A DNA stretch of 64,000 nucleotides from Escherichia coli (GCF_050920415.1 NZ_CP169309.1), one strand, 5' to 3'. Positions 24,101 through 32,803 are shown, counted from the first letter of the stretch. Numbers and translations: made by a program. The notes: generated from the letters alone by a model not told the origin.

Positions 24101-24554
24101 AGGTGGAAGACGAGGACGGTTTAACATCGATTGCCATAATGACAGACGTTTCTTTCTGGTTTGATTGGTTATCGCTTTCCACCAGTGAATCCACGCCAAT
24201 ATTTAGCCGGACGCGCGTCACGTTCGGATCTGATACCGTCCTGACCAGTGGCGTATCATGCTTTACCTGTGCGTTAACCATCACCGTTGATTCAATGGCG
24301 TTAAAGCCGTTGATCGGTGACTGGTCGGCAGTACCCGGACGCCAGGCGACACTAACGCCTGGAATGCTGGTATTACCTACCGCATCCGTAACAGGAGTGT
24401 CATTAAGCATTACGCAGTTTAACGGCGCGGCAGTATTGACAGGCCCATAAATCGGCCCTTCGCTCAATATATCAAGCACGCGATAAAACTGCTTATGGAA
24501 CAAGTTATCGTTTATTAATGTTGGTGTTTTTGCTTTACCACCGCCGCCGCCCAT
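21135..24554 (-). CDS. tail tip / host specificity protein J
   Basis: 1139 aa; lambda gpJ-like length, position and sequence character. Confidence 0.9.
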   Translation of the reverse strand: MGGGGGKAKTPTLINDNLFHKQFYRVLDILSEGPIYGPVNTAAPLNCVMLNDTPVTDAVGNTSIPGVSVAWRPGTADQSPINGFNAIESTVMVNAQVKHDTPLVRTVSDPNVTRVRLNIGVDSLVESDNQSNQKETSVIMAIDVKPSSSSTWSAVKAVQIGPGKISGEYLESHIIDAPDEKPFDIRVRRVTADSVSDLLQNDTRWNSYSEIIDDNLSYPHTAVAGAVIDHDQYSDTPTRTYHLRGLIVDVPDNYDPEKRNYSGLWLGGLKKAYTNNPAWIFRYLVKNERFGLARQAGYIDVDDGALYTLSQYCDQLVDDGYGGLEPRVTLNAYITEQMSARDLLDNIAGMFRGIALWDGQRLTIMIDAPQDPIATITNANVVDGAFTRSSIARSECYNAVIVSWTDPENGWEQSKEYVADDELIARDGYNETTLEAFGCTSRGQAHRAGKWLIETAKREPSKFTFKMARDAIHFTPGDIIEILDNNRAGARLGGRIVSNNGRVITVDKVDSEYVTAGDTISLLDSDGKFKKHQITGVNGNNITLAAAPTWIRNGTVFAVSTNAAKPVLCRITSVAETQNNSVYTIEAAQHDPNKQAVVDEGAIFEINSDTLNHFRVPNIENLKVVNIGSETVQCRATWETQTTTHRMTFEIRIYNADGAVVKSYETTKYSYDFYGIDAGSYTLGVRGRNDTGMKGAESIVDLVIGAPSAPVGVNWVPGVFQATVYPISKTTLTTDTAYEFYYAGENRITDPATITTSAQYTGRGYQWTFGGMSTGHMYYVYIRTRNAFGVSDFIEASGKPTEDFDEITDFVTKEVMESEQFQGLISDTSTLKGDVTDLKDTTSDLINRVQNNEEGLGVHESRIDEIGVELSEQDSELTQTRARLQNVSIALLNNSVAQTTSRRTLSAQLKQSKAEITRIDEVVATEKEATAKALSELEAKISDDIQGKVTNLEQAMVTLEKATAQQISEVTASINGQSVLIEENKTAITNINGDMSATWSLKIATDNNGMKYASGISLGVTGDGANTQSQCIFLVDRFVLMTAANGTYTTPFYVENGAMYVREAFIKDASITNAKIGSYIQSNNYVSGSTGWKLDKGGTFENYGAVSGEGAMKLTNTTISVKDGNGVLRVQIGRITGSW

Positions 24555-24566
24555 AATAACCCCCTA

Positions 24567-25097
24567 TTAACTTACAACGTCCAGCGCGTCTTTATTGTTG
24601 GTTGTATCAATACCCAGGGATCCAACATTCGAACCTATTTTCATTTCACCCAATAAAATTGGAACGGGACGGCCCTGGCCTACTCTGTTTTCTACACTGG
24701 TGTAACTGTTATTTGTGATGCTATTATCCTGCGCACTTTCCGCTGATGTTTTTACTTTCATGTTTCGGGCCATGAAAATAGAAAACGCGATGCTTGCAAC
24801 GGAAAGGCCGATTAACAGCCAGCCAACCACACCGATCCCTGCGATACCACCTTCTACCACTGGCGCAACAATAATTGTTGTTCCGTCAGGGTATTCACTA
24901 TTAACGGCAGCAGGTGCGGTTTTTTCGTCGTAATCTTTCCCGGCAATGCGTAAGCGTAATGGCGTACTTAAAAACGCTCGCTTAAATTCCTGATTCTGTG
25001 CGGTCAATAAGCGAAGCCCTTGCGCGGGCGTATTAACGTTTAAACACACTTTGCTGTAATATCTTCGAAGATTGCCCGTAAATCTAAATTTGAGCAT
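24567..25097 (-). CDS. tail assembly protein I
   Basis: 176 aa between K and J; hydrophobic stretch; start overlaps K 3' end as in lambda. Confidence 0.65.
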   Translation of the reverse strand: MLKFRFTGNLRRYYSKVCLNVNTPAQGLRLLTAQNQEFKRAFLSTPLRLRIAGKDYDEKTAPAAVNSEYPDGTTIIVAPVVEGGIAGIGVVGWLLIGLSVASIAFSIFMARNMKVKTSAESAQDNSITNNSYTSVENRVGQGRPVPILLGEMKIGSNVGSLGIDTTNNKDALDVVS

Positions 25098-25771
25098 TTG
25101 TCAGATCTCCATATTGAATGCGTTTGTCGAACATACGCTGGCCGCATTTGCTCGCGGCGGCTTAATAGTCCGGCATGGTCATGATGCAAAACCGTGTTAT
25201 CACCCAGGTAAAGCATTGCGTGACATGGATCCGCGCCTTTAAACGGCTGCCGGATGATCACGTCACCAGGCTGGATGTTTTGCGTGTCAATCTGAAAAAA
25301 ACCGTTTAGCGGCAAGTTTTTTAAATACAGGTTTTCACCGCGTAGCCACCACCCATCAAGGCGATCGAAGTCCGGCAGGTCTACGCCGCAAAGGTGATAG
25401 GCATCCCGAAAAAGCGTGTAACAATCAGTTGTCCCGTGTACAAATTTACGTCCTAGCAAGTGCGCCACCGGACGGAACTTCCTGATCTTGCCGCCTGAAT
25501 ATAAAAACCACGGCAGCCCGGAAATAACATGCTGTTGTCGATCCCGTGCCGACAATACCGGAATATCATCAACGTGGGAGTGAAAAACGGCGGTTATAAC
25601 GCCCAATTCGTCAGCTTTGATGTAATCGTCCGGCAAAATTTTAAAGCTGTTATGCGGCGTCTCAGACACGTTCACGCACGGGTAAAAATATTCATTGTCT
25701 ATCACCAGTCCGCAAACTTCCTCAAACGGATGTGCGGCGGCATAACGAAACATTTTGTCTTTCAGCGTCAT
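25040..25771 (-). CDS. tail assembly protein K (JAB/MPN plus NlpC/P60 domains)
   Basis: FHSHVDDIP JAMM-like motif and Cys/His peptidase region; start ATGA-coupled to L stop. Confidence 0.8.
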   Translation of the reverse strand: MTLKDKMFRYAAAHPFEEVCGLVIDNEYFYPCVNVSETPHNSFKILPDDYIKADELGVITAVFHSHVDDIPVLSARDRQQHVISGLPWFLYSGGKIRKFRPVAHLLGRKFVHGTTDCYTLFRDAYHLCGVDLPDFDRLDGWWLRGENLYLKNLPLNGFFQIDTQNIQPGDVIIRQPFKGADPCHAMLYLGDNTVLHHDHAGLLSRREQMRPAYVRQTHSIWRSDKCSNLDLRAIFEDITAKCV

Positions 25772-25773
25772 AA

Positions 25774-26478
25774 TCAACCTACCTTGCTTGATCCTGGAAA
25801 ACATGAGATCGGCAATGGATTTGGACGCGGGAAACGCAAGCGACAACCGCTTAGGCGGTGGCTGCACCTGTCTAATGTTGGATCGTTTGTCGGCTCGTCT
25901 TTGTCTGTAGCAACTGGCCCGCCAGAGTACGCACAGCCATCACCTCTATACTGCCACTGGCAAACGTCAGCAAGAATGGTGCGGCCTGGGATCACCGCCT
26001 TATCTGCATCAATTGGCGTTGACAACTCATATTGCACCTGATCCGCTGTTTCTTCACTCATGGCCTCTATAACGTAAAAGGACACCGCCTCAATAGATGG
26101 ATCAGCGTCAGGATTGCCATTTGGGAAGTTAACAGCGTCAAGGTATTTCACTTCCACCTGGCGGCGCGTAACCTTCATGCCTCGAAGGTCGTTATAGTCG
26201 GTATTCATCCCGGTAATGAGTCCGCCAATGTTTGCTACAGCCATTTGAGGGCGAGAATAAACTCCTTCGTTTTTCATTTCGAAGCCAGTAGCCTCGATTG
26301 GATAGCTGTTATAAGCCACGCCCTTCCAGATGACCGGACCGTAATAACCATTCGCGCCGGAATGGAAGCGGACAACCTCGCCACCAAGGGGAGTAAGGTC
26401 CAATTCGAACAAGTCAATGATTGCGCCGACTCCCGCATCGACGGAATCAATAATCATCTCTGTAGGTATATTGCGCAT
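25774..26478 (-). CDS. minor tail protein L
   Basis: 234 aa from MRNIPTEMI with AAGGTGA RBS; lambda gpL-like C-terminal Cys motif. Confidence 0.82.
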   Translation of the reverse strand: MRNIPTEMIIDSVDAGVGAIIDLFELDLTPLGGEVVRFHSGANGYYGPVIWKGVAYNSYPIEATGFEMKNEGVYSRPQMAVANIGGLITGMNTDYNDLRGMKVTRRQVEVKYLDAVNFPNGNPDADPSIEAVSFYVIEAMSEETADQVQYELSTPIDADKAVIPGRTILADVCQWQYRGDGCAYSGGPVATDKDEPTNDPTLDRCSHRLSGCRLRFPRPNPLPISCFPGSSKVG

Positions 26479-26616
26479 TTTATCACCTTGTTGTTTTGTG
26501 ATCTGCATCACACCGTGAATGCCAAAATGGATTGATAGCGTGATTTACAATATGTATATTTTACTCAAACGAACGGTAGTAAACAAAATGGCACAGTTTG
26601 GAACAGGATAGGACAC

Positions 26617-26775
26617 TATGAGATCCGCAAAATACGCAGAAAAAGTTTTCGTTGAAGTGAAAGGCGACATGAAAAAATTTATGGATGTTCTTATCAAAGA
26701 GATGGGAAAACCGTTCCATATAGCCGAACGTCAGTATTACGCTTGCAAGGCTAATAGCTACAACAGATACGCATG
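26617..26775 (+). CDS. moron cassette A small protein A1 (52 aa)
   Basis: AGGA RBS; opposite strand to tail operon; MRSAKYAEKVFVEVKGDMKKFMDVLIKEMGKPFHIAERQYYACKANSYNRYA. Confidence 0.4.
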
Positions 26776-26891
26776 ACAATAAACACAAAGGTAACACTAT
26801 GCAAAAATATCGTCTTGATGTGTGGATGGCTGGAAATAAAGATTGGGAAGGTTTCGGATTATTTGACAGCCGCGAACTGGCTAACGACTAA
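26772..26891 (+). CDS. moron cassette A small protein A2 (39 aa)
   Basis: ATG overlaps A1 stop (ATGA); weak otherwise. Confidence 0.25.
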   Translation, partial: HDNKHKGNTMQKYRLDVWMAGNKDWEGFGLFDSRELAND

Positions 26892-26963
26892 GGGGAAAAA
26901 CTTGTTAACTTCTTTGGACGGGCCAGGGAGTTTTAAGTAACCCCGGTACAGATAGAAAATAAG

Positions 26964-27152
26964 GTGGAAGAGATGAAATACGATATTGATAACGACGCTT
27001 GCTTTAAACAAAACTTTGCGGATTCTATGGATCAGTCTTGCCCTGAAATACACGCACACGGTTTCCCGGCAGATAATCCAGACATGAAACGCGAATACGA
27101 AAAAGCGGCGAAAGATTTCTGCATCGACAATCTGGGCGCATTCGATAGATAA
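26964..27152 (+). CDS. moron cassette A small acidic protein A3 (62 aa)
   Basis: AAGGTGGA RBS; four Cys; no recognised domain. Confidence 0.45.
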   Translation: MEEMKYDIDNDACFKQNFADSMDQSCPEIHAHGFPADNPDMKREYEKAAKDFCIDNLGAFDR

Positions 27153-27161
27153 GGCGGCAAT

Positions 27162-27410
27162 ATGGCGAGGCGAAAACATAGCGATTATATGTACACGCTG
27201 AAGCAGGCCGCCCGCCTTATCGGTTATCATGAACACGAATTTATTGATTTGCTGATTGAGCGCGGGATTTTATACCAGGTCTGTTTAACGCTGTACCCGA
27301 AAGCGAAATACTTGCAGGAAAAGTTATTCATCATCATGACGGATGAAAACCAGGTTAATCACTCATTCGTCACTGCCAAAGGCGTTAATTATCTGCGCGA
27401 TAACTTATAG
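27162..27410 (+). CDS. moron cassette A putative HTH DNA-binding protein A4 (82 aa)
   Basis: AAGGCGG RBS; YTLKQAARLIGYHEHEFIDLLIERGIL resembles an HTH. Confidence 0.45.
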   Translation: MARRKHSDYMYTLKQAARLIGYHEHEFIDLLIERGILYQVCLTLYPKAKYLQEKLFIIMTDENQVNHSFVTAKGVNYLRDNL

Positions 27411-27420
27411 GTGACAGATT

Positions 27421-27537
27421 ATGAAAATAGAAGTTTTGGCGCTAATAGTAATGGGATTGATAGTATTTGGTGTTCATGCTGTAGATCTGGACTGGAAAAC
27501 GATAGCAGAAAATATAGCGTTAATGGAAATGGAATAA
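27421..27537 (+). CDS. moron cassette A small hydrophobic peptide A5 (38 aa)
   Basis: AGGTGA RBS; N-terminal hydrophobic helix. Confidence 0.35.
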   Translation: MKIEVLALIVMGLIVFGVHAVDLDWKTIAENIALMEME

Positions 27538-27542
27538 TAATA

Positions 27543-27568
27543 ACCCCGCTTCGCGCGGGGTCGTGTTT
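27543..27568. terminator. bidirectional rho-independent terminator
   Basis: ccccgc-ttcg-cgcgggg hairpin with T-rich flanks on both strands. Confidence 0.55.
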
Positions 27569-27752
27569 ATACGCCATCAAGTAAAAATAAAACTTCCTTG
27601 CCTTCTCTTGATCTGCATCCTACATAACCGTCACCCATGTCATGAAGATACCAGGTCTCACCATTATCAGCTTTTACAGTAAGATCGTTGATTTCATAGT
27701 CGTCAAACAATGTAAAAGCGCCCGTGCGGTCCACTACACAAATAGCATACAT
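27567..27752 (-). CDS. hypothetical small protein downstream of gpM (61 aa)
   Basis: GGAGG RBS before ATG at 27752; upstream ATG of track ORF overlaps M. Confidence 0.4.
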   Translation of the reverse strand: MYAICVVDRTGAFTLFDDYEINDLTVKADNGETWYLHDMGDGYVGCRSREGKEVLFLLDGV

Positions 27753-27765
27753 ATTGACACCTCCA

Positions 27766-28119
27766 TTAATTGACAACTTGCTCAAAAGTTGCGTTTAGCG
27801 TGTACAAAGACCCGTCTTTAGTCATGCTCCATCGGCGGCAAACAAAAAGCCTTTGCACGTTATCCATCGACGGCGACCAGTAAAAAGCCTCGACCGCGCC
27901 GCGCGCCCTCAAGAATGCTTCCGCCTGGATTGCTACGTTTTCACCATCACCACATCCGGCGCTACTGCCTTTAAATACCAGGGTGTAGCTATCAAGCAAT
28001 GGATTGATACCTTTTACCTGTCTTTGCTCATAACCATCGCCCAGCTTAACAACGGATACGTCCGGCTCCCTGGTCACGCTGTAGCTTCGTTGTGGCGTCC
28101 ATCTGAACACTTCCGGCAT
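27766..28119 (-). CDS. minor tail protein M
   Basis: 117 aa; lambda gpM-like, C-terminal FEQVVN as in lambda M. Confidence 0.82.
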   Translation of the reverse strand: MPEVFRWTPQRSYSVTREPDVSVVKLGDGYEQRQVKGINPLLDSYTLVFKGSSAGCGDGENVAIQAEAFLRARGAVEAFYWSPSMDNVQRLFVCRRWSMTKDGSLYTLNATFEQVVN

Positions 28120-28308
28120 AAAACCCCCATAAGTTACATTTTGTATATATCTTTACGCGCTTCTACGCGAAAAATAAGATCTTCATCACAATGATTATAG
28201 CTAGTTTACAAAATGGCTTCACATAGCACACAACAAGATGTATATAAAAAGCAAGAAGAAAAGCAGTACCAACGAAGGAGGCCCAAAAATGAAACGCTAT
28301 GAGTAGTA

Positions 28309-28443
28309 ATGCTAAACAACGCATTCGAACAAGTGGAAATAGCAATCGTTAAGGGTTTCGACGACGCATTTAAATACGGTCAATTCATGATTAATGCAAA
28401 AGAAGATGAATACCGTGATTTCTTCCTGAAGGCTCTTAATTAA
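28309..28443 (+). CDS. moron cassette B small protein B1 (44 aa; possible antitoxin-like partner)
   Basis: preceded by GGAGG and a 5-codon uORF; 20 nt upstream of B2. Confidence 0.35.
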   Translation: MLNNAFEQVEIAIVKGFDDAFKYGQFMINAKEDEYRDFFLKALN

Positions 28444-28462
28444 GAATAATCGGGGGTGAGCT

Positions 28463-28717
28463 ATGAAACTGGTAGCGATTGACAAAAACCTGAAAGTACA
28501 GAAAAACGCACAGGACCGGATTATCAAGAAAGGTAAGGAACTGCTTAAAGCATTTTTGAAGAAAGAGGCGCGCCCCAAAAAGTTACGCGATGGTTATGGC
28601 TTTAAATTCGATATCAATCATGACTGGCGGCTGTTCAGCGAAGACCTCAAAGTCTGGTTAATAATCGATCACCTGGAATATAACAGGCACTGCGGGGTTA
28701 AAGGGGCGCATAAGTGA
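28463..28717 (+). CDS. moron cassette B protein B2 (84 aa), RelE/YoeB-like toxin fold candidate
   Basis: GGGGGTGA RBS; basic N-terminal helix then HDWRLF and DHLEY segments resembling YoeB/RelE by eye. Confidence 0.4.
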   Translation: MKLVAIDKNLKVQKNAQDRIIKKGKELLKAFLKKEARPKKLRDGYGFKFDINHDWRLFSEDLKVWLIIDHLEYNRHCGVKGAHK

Positions 28718-28725
28718 GGCGGGAT

Positions 28726-28818
28726 ATGGAGGACGATAAATTCACCTGGCGGGAGATCTGGAATATTTGGTTGGTGATGTTTTCTCGCAGCTATATAGCC
28801 AGAAACGGAAGATTGTAA
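28726..28818 (+). CDS. moron cassette B small peptide B3 (30 aa)
   Basis: GAGG RBS; Trp-rich hydrophobic peptide. Confidence 0.3.
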   Translation: MEDDKFTWREIWNIWLVMFSRSYIARNGRL

Positions 28819-28836
28819 TTTGCGGAGGAAAATAAA

Positions 28837-29013
28837 ATGAAAAACCCGGCAAATAAAAGCAATGTAAAACGTATAGCCTGGATCGTGAAATGGATGGATA
28901 GTAAAGGAGACACATATACTGAACCATTTTTCAAACATACTGATGCAGTATTTGCAAGAAGCGTAAGAGGCGGGAAAATTGAAAGAGGATATACAAGTTT
29001 TGAGAATAACTAA
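28837..29013 (+). CDS. moron cassette B small basic protein B4 (58 aa)
   Basis: GGAGG RBS; followed by terminator. Confidence 0.4.
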   Translation: MKNPANKSNVKRIAWIVKWMDSKGDTYTEPFFKHTDAVFARSVRGGKIERGYTSFENN

Positions 29014-29020
29014 AATATAA

Positions 29021-29050
29021 CCCCGGCATTGTACCGGGGTTTTGTTTATT
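29021..29050. terminator. rho-independent terminator (bidirectional)
   Basis: ccccgg-cattgta-ccgggg hairpin followed by TTTTGTTTATTT. Confidence 0.6.
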
Positions 29051-31385
29051 TGCGGCGCGGTTGCAATATTCCCCCTGGTCTTTGTGATTCCCTTGTTATC
29101 ATTTTCATTGCCACACGTTCCATTGTTTGTTCAAGTCTGCGGCTATCTTCGTCGCTAAATCCGTTTGTGGTCTGAATGTTAATATTGACAGGCATACTAA
29201 TACCGCCGCCACCAATATCACGACCAGGTATAACCCTGCCATTCTCGCCAGGAATCATGTATTGATTGCCGTTAGACGTCTGGAATAGCTCCGGCCTGTT
29301 GTGTTCCCCTACACGGTACATGTTGCCACCAATGACGCTACCACCATTAAAGCGCCCGCCGCCGAAAATGGATGTTGCCAGTGACATGATCGCAGTAAGC
29401 GCCGCCGAGCCAGCCGCCGCCCAGCTACCGCCAGTTGATGCCGCTGTCGCTGCCGCCGCCGGGGCCGCCGCCGCAGCAATGCTTCCCTGAGCGGCAACCG
29501 CGCTTGCCGTTGTGCTGGCCTGCGTGGCCTTGCTTTGTGTCTCCATCATGATTTGATCTGCTATCCAGTTGGCAGCTATGTCCGAAAGTCTGTTACCGAT
29601 ATTCCCAAGTATATTGCTTCCTAAGTTAGCAAAAACATCACTTAATGATTGAGTGCCGTTTAGCAGGCCAACAAGGGCGTTACTCATACCACCTTTAAGG
29701 CCATTAACGCAATCACCGATCAGGCCGTTAGTATCGCTTTGCGCCTGCCATTGCTCCCATTTTAGATCGCGAATCTGTTGCTCATAGGCCAACAATTCCT
29801 GTTTCTGTTGCGCTTCGGTAGCGCCCAGGTCTATAAGCATTTGCTTACGGACGGCCCATTCATTTTGCGCCTGCTGGATGGGGTCAACTTCGCCTTTTAG
29901 CTGGTCCATCGGGCTAACTATTTGCGACCATTTATCACGCAATTCATCTACCGGAATTTGTGCTAACTCTTCTTTTAGCTCCTTGCCGATTCCCTTTTGA
30001 GCGGCGCGGTATTCAAGGAGTGTAATTTTCCCCTGGGCGAATGCAGCATCAATGGCCTTGCCGTTCTCTAACGCTTTGCGCATGGCGGCTGCGTCTTTGT
30101 TGTACTGGTCAGAAACGCTTATGCCTTTGTCACCAAGCCGATCAGCTTCAGTTTTCTTCTCTTTTTTCTGTTTTTTCGGCTTGTCTACTGGCTTGTCGAA
30201 TCCGGTAATAGTTCCGTCATTGGCGGCATTCTGTTCACTTTTCCTTGCTTCTTCTGTAGCCTGGATTGCAGCGGTCAGATCATCCTGTAATTGCATGACC
30301 TTACCAACGGTCTTACCATATTTCTTCTCATAGTTGCTGTCGTATTCGTCGGTTTGTTCTCCTACCACCTCTTTCATCCATTTGTAGCCGTCCATTAGCG
30401 CTTTGATTGGTGTCACCATTGCGATGATCTTCTCTGCCACCTCACCAGCCTTGATTCCGACATCCTCAAATATATCAATGAATTCGCTGCCAGCCGTCTT
30501 CAGGGTGATAAAGCAGGTTTTAGCGAAATCAGCACCATCACCTAAAGCCTTAACACCTTTCGTGACAAGATCGATACCAGCAACAACCGTATCGGATACA
30601 CCAAAAAGATCGTCCAACTGTTCGACAAGCCCCATAACTTCGACTTTAAGCTCATTCAGGGCCATACCGGATGTGCGCGGCAACTGCGCGAACTTCTCGT
30701 TTGTTTCCTGCGTAGCCGCCTGGATTGCGTTAACCATCCTTTCTGCCGTGATCTTACCGTCCAGCATTTCGGCGCGGAATTGGCCCATAGATAACCCCAT
30801 CTGGCGGGCCATTGTCTGTACGATGGTCGGGGTGTTCTCTAACAGGCTATTGAATTCTTCAGCACGAAGCACGCCGCCGTCGATAGACTGACGGAATTGA
30901 CGCATTGAGTTTGACATCTGCTCCGCAGATGCGCCGCCCAACGCCCCCATTTTCTGAATCGTACCTACCAGGTTAAGCAATTGCCCTTCAGTGGCGGACG
31001 TGTTCTTCAGGGAGATAGCCAGGCCTTGCCACAGATCCCCGGTATCCTTCATGCTTTGGCCTGTTTCTTTTGATATTGCTTTCAGGCCGTCGAAAACCCG
31101 CCCGGCGGACTCCGCATCGCCCGTAAGCATTTTGATTTTTACGCGAAGCATTTTTGCTTGCTCCGCCATATCCATAAATTGGCGCACAGCCTCCGCAGCA
31201 ATTAGCAGATGGATAACCCTGGTTAGTGCTTTGATTGATGTCTTCAGTGTGTTTACCTGGCGATCTGCCTGTTTAGCACCGCGCTCTATACGGTCAAAGG
31301 CCTGGTCTGCCTGTCGTTGTGCTACAAGAAGTTGTCCTGTTTTTGCGTCAACTTCGTAATAAATTGTGCCTACACTGGTAGCCAT
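29046..31385 (-). CDS. tail tape measure protein
   Basis: 779 aa, coiled-coil rich, Ala/Gly-rich hydrophobic segment near C-terminus; upstream of M. Confidence 0.85.
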   Translation of the reverse strand: MATSVGTIYYEVDAKTGQLLVAQRQADQAFDRIERGAKQADRQVNTLKTSIKALTRVIHLLIAAEAVRQFMDMAEQAKMLRVKIKMLTGDAESAGRVFDGLKAISKETGQSMKDTGDLWQGLAISLKNTSATEGQLLNLVGTIQKMGALGGASAEQMSNSMRQFRQSIDGGVLRAEEFNSLLENTPTIVQTMARQMGLSMGQFRAEMLDGKITAERMVNAIQAATQETNEKFAQLPRTSGMALNELKVEVMGLVEQLDDLFGVSDTVVAGIDLVTKGVKALGDGADFAKTCFITLKTAGSEFIDIFEDVGIKAGEVAEKIIAMVTPIKALMDGYKWMKEVVGEQTDEYDSNYEKKYGKTVGKVMQLQDDLTAAIQATEEARKSEQNAANDGTITGFDKPVDKPKKQKKEKKTEADRLGDKGISVSDQYNKDAAAMRKALENGKAIDAAFAQGKITLLEYRAAQKGIGKELKEELAQIPVDELRDKWSQIVSPMDQLKGEVDPIQQAQNEWAVRKQMLIDLGATEAQQKQELLAYEQQIRDLKWEQWQAQSDTNGLIGDCVNGLKGGMSNALVGLLNGTQSLSDVFANLGSNILGNIGNRLSDIAANWIADQIMMETQSKATQASTTASAVAAQGSIAAAAAPAAAATAASTGGSWAAAGSAALTAIMSLATSIFGGGRFNGGSVIGGNMYRVGEHNRPELFQTSNGNQYMIPGENGRVIPGRDIGGGGISMPVNINIQTTNGFSDEDSRRLEQTMERVAMKMITRESQRPGGILQPRRK

Positions 31386-31536
31386 GATTTAACCTCATGC
31401 AAAATGTGATCTATGCATCTATTTTATACAAAATGTCTTTATTTTAACGATACCGTTTTGTATAGATGATGTAGGGAAAGATAGAAGAGATGCAGGAAGG
31501 ACGGATGTCCCGGAGGAAGTGAAAGAGGATAAGGAA

Positions 31537-31620
31537 ATGAGAAACGTAAACTACCGTCCCAACGAATATGAACGCTATGCGGACCTTATCGAAGAAATGT
31601 TAAAAGCACTTAAAAAATAA
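31537..31620 (+). CDS. moron cassette C small peptide C1 (27 aa)
   Basis: AGGATAAGGAA RBS; MRNVNYRPNEYERYADLIEEMLKALKK. Confidence 0.3.
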   Translation: MRNVNYRPNEYERYADLIEEMLKALKK

Positions 31621-31681
31621 ACAATATGCGTGTATAACTAAGTTAAAGGAAGCATTTAGCAAATCAGAATAATTACAGGGG

Positions 31682-32101
31682 TTGATTATGAAACGGTTAG
31701 CAAAAATGGTACTTGCTGTGATTGCTGCACTGGCATTTAACGCGAACGCTAACGAGGCCATAAACATTAACTGTGAAGAAGTGGCAAACCATGTAGCCGC
31801 ATATCACGACATGATCAAAAAAGAACCAGCCGCACCCACAATTCTTTTTAAGGCAATTGATAAAAATTTTGAAGGGAAACCAGTTTGTGCTCGTTGGTTT
31901 AATTATGGCCTTGTAAACGAGGCTGCTGTAGGCGTAGTCTTTGAAAACAACAGCGAAATAAAAAACAGGATAGCTAACGAGTGTAAAGCAAATAAAGTTG
32001 CTTTCGCTGAAAGAATTTTTAATGAAGGCGGCGCTGGTGCAAAAAATCACGCAATTGTCGATTTAGGTAACGGTTTTATTGATATTGTTAGAATCAAATA
32101 A
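31682..32101 (+). CDS. moron cassette C secreted Cys-containing protein (139 aa)
   Basis: signal peptide ending AFNANA; four Cys; followed by terminator; opposite strand to tail genes. Confidence 0.5.
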   Translation: MIMKRLAKMVLAVIAALAFNANANEAININCEEVANHVAAYHDMIKKEPAAPTILFKAIDKNFEGKPVCARWFNYGLVNEAAVGVVFENNSEIKNRIANECKANKVAFAERIFNEGGAGAKNHAIVDLGNGFIDIVRIK

Positions 32102-32108
32102 GACAAAC

Positions 32109-32131
32109 GCCCGGATCTACCGGGCTTTTTC
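32109..32131 (+). terminator. rho-independent terminator
   Basis: gcccgg-atcta-ccgggc followed by TTTTT. Confidence 0.6.
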
Positions 32132-32803
32132 TTGCTCACGATTTTTCATTCTTTCGAGTACCTTTTTAGCGGCCTCCATTTGCTCGTCATAAGCACGTTT
32201 ATTTATGTGAACGTTTGGTTTGCTTCTTTCGTTTCTTTCGTCTGGCGGCGTTTTAGCACGCACAGCGGCCCTGTATCCGGTCATAGTCATATTCCATGCT
32301 TCGGATTCTGATAACCCCAGGTGAGCTACGGCAGAATAAACGAATTCAAGAACGTCAAATGTCGGCTTATACTCCCCCTCCCGGATCTCCCCGACGTCTT
32401 CTTCCGGGCCGTCTCCGATTAATCCATGGTACATGCAATGCTGCGCCAGCGTGATAACGTCATCAGTAGGCATCAAACCGGGCTTTAGTCGTAACTTGCC
32501 TGAAGGGGTAAACCTACATTCGCCCAATAACGAGCCTATTTCGTCGTCTGAGCAACATTTAAGGATGTGCATAGATGTTTGCACCATCTCACCATAACAC
32601 CGCGCCAGAATACGATTGCGTAGGTCTGGATCTGCTGGCAAGCGTGATGGATATTTGCCACCGTGGATTGTTGCGAAGTATTCGACCAGTTCGCTGTCAC
32701 CACCGATCTTAGCCATTGCAGCGAAGCACGGATTGAATACATAACGCTTGCCGTCTACCACCGCAGCGAATTGCCCGGTACGAACATGAATCATAATTAT
32801 CAC
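32117..32803 (-). CDS. putative tail assembly chaperone (G/GT-like position)
   Basis: 228 aa between major tail and tape measure genes; assignment by synteny only. Confidence 0.4.
   Translation of the reverse strand: MIIMIHVRTGQFAAVVDGKRYVFNPCFAAMAKIGGDSELVEYFATIHGGKYPSRLPADPDLRNRILARCYGEMVQTSMHILKCCSDDEIGSLLGECRFTPSGKLRLKPGLMPTDDVITLAQHCMYHGLIGDGPEEDVGEIREGEYKPTFDVLEFVYSAVAHLGLSESEAWNMTMTGYRAAVRAKTPPDERNERSKPNVHINKRAYDEQMEAAKKVLERMKNREQEKAR

Noticed and set aside
28163-28938. Minus-strand track ORFs 28163..28345, 28312..28578, 28669..28938 in cassette B
   Set aside because: Plus-strand ORFs in the same interval have proper RBS and a downstream terminator; the minus-strand frames lack start signals.
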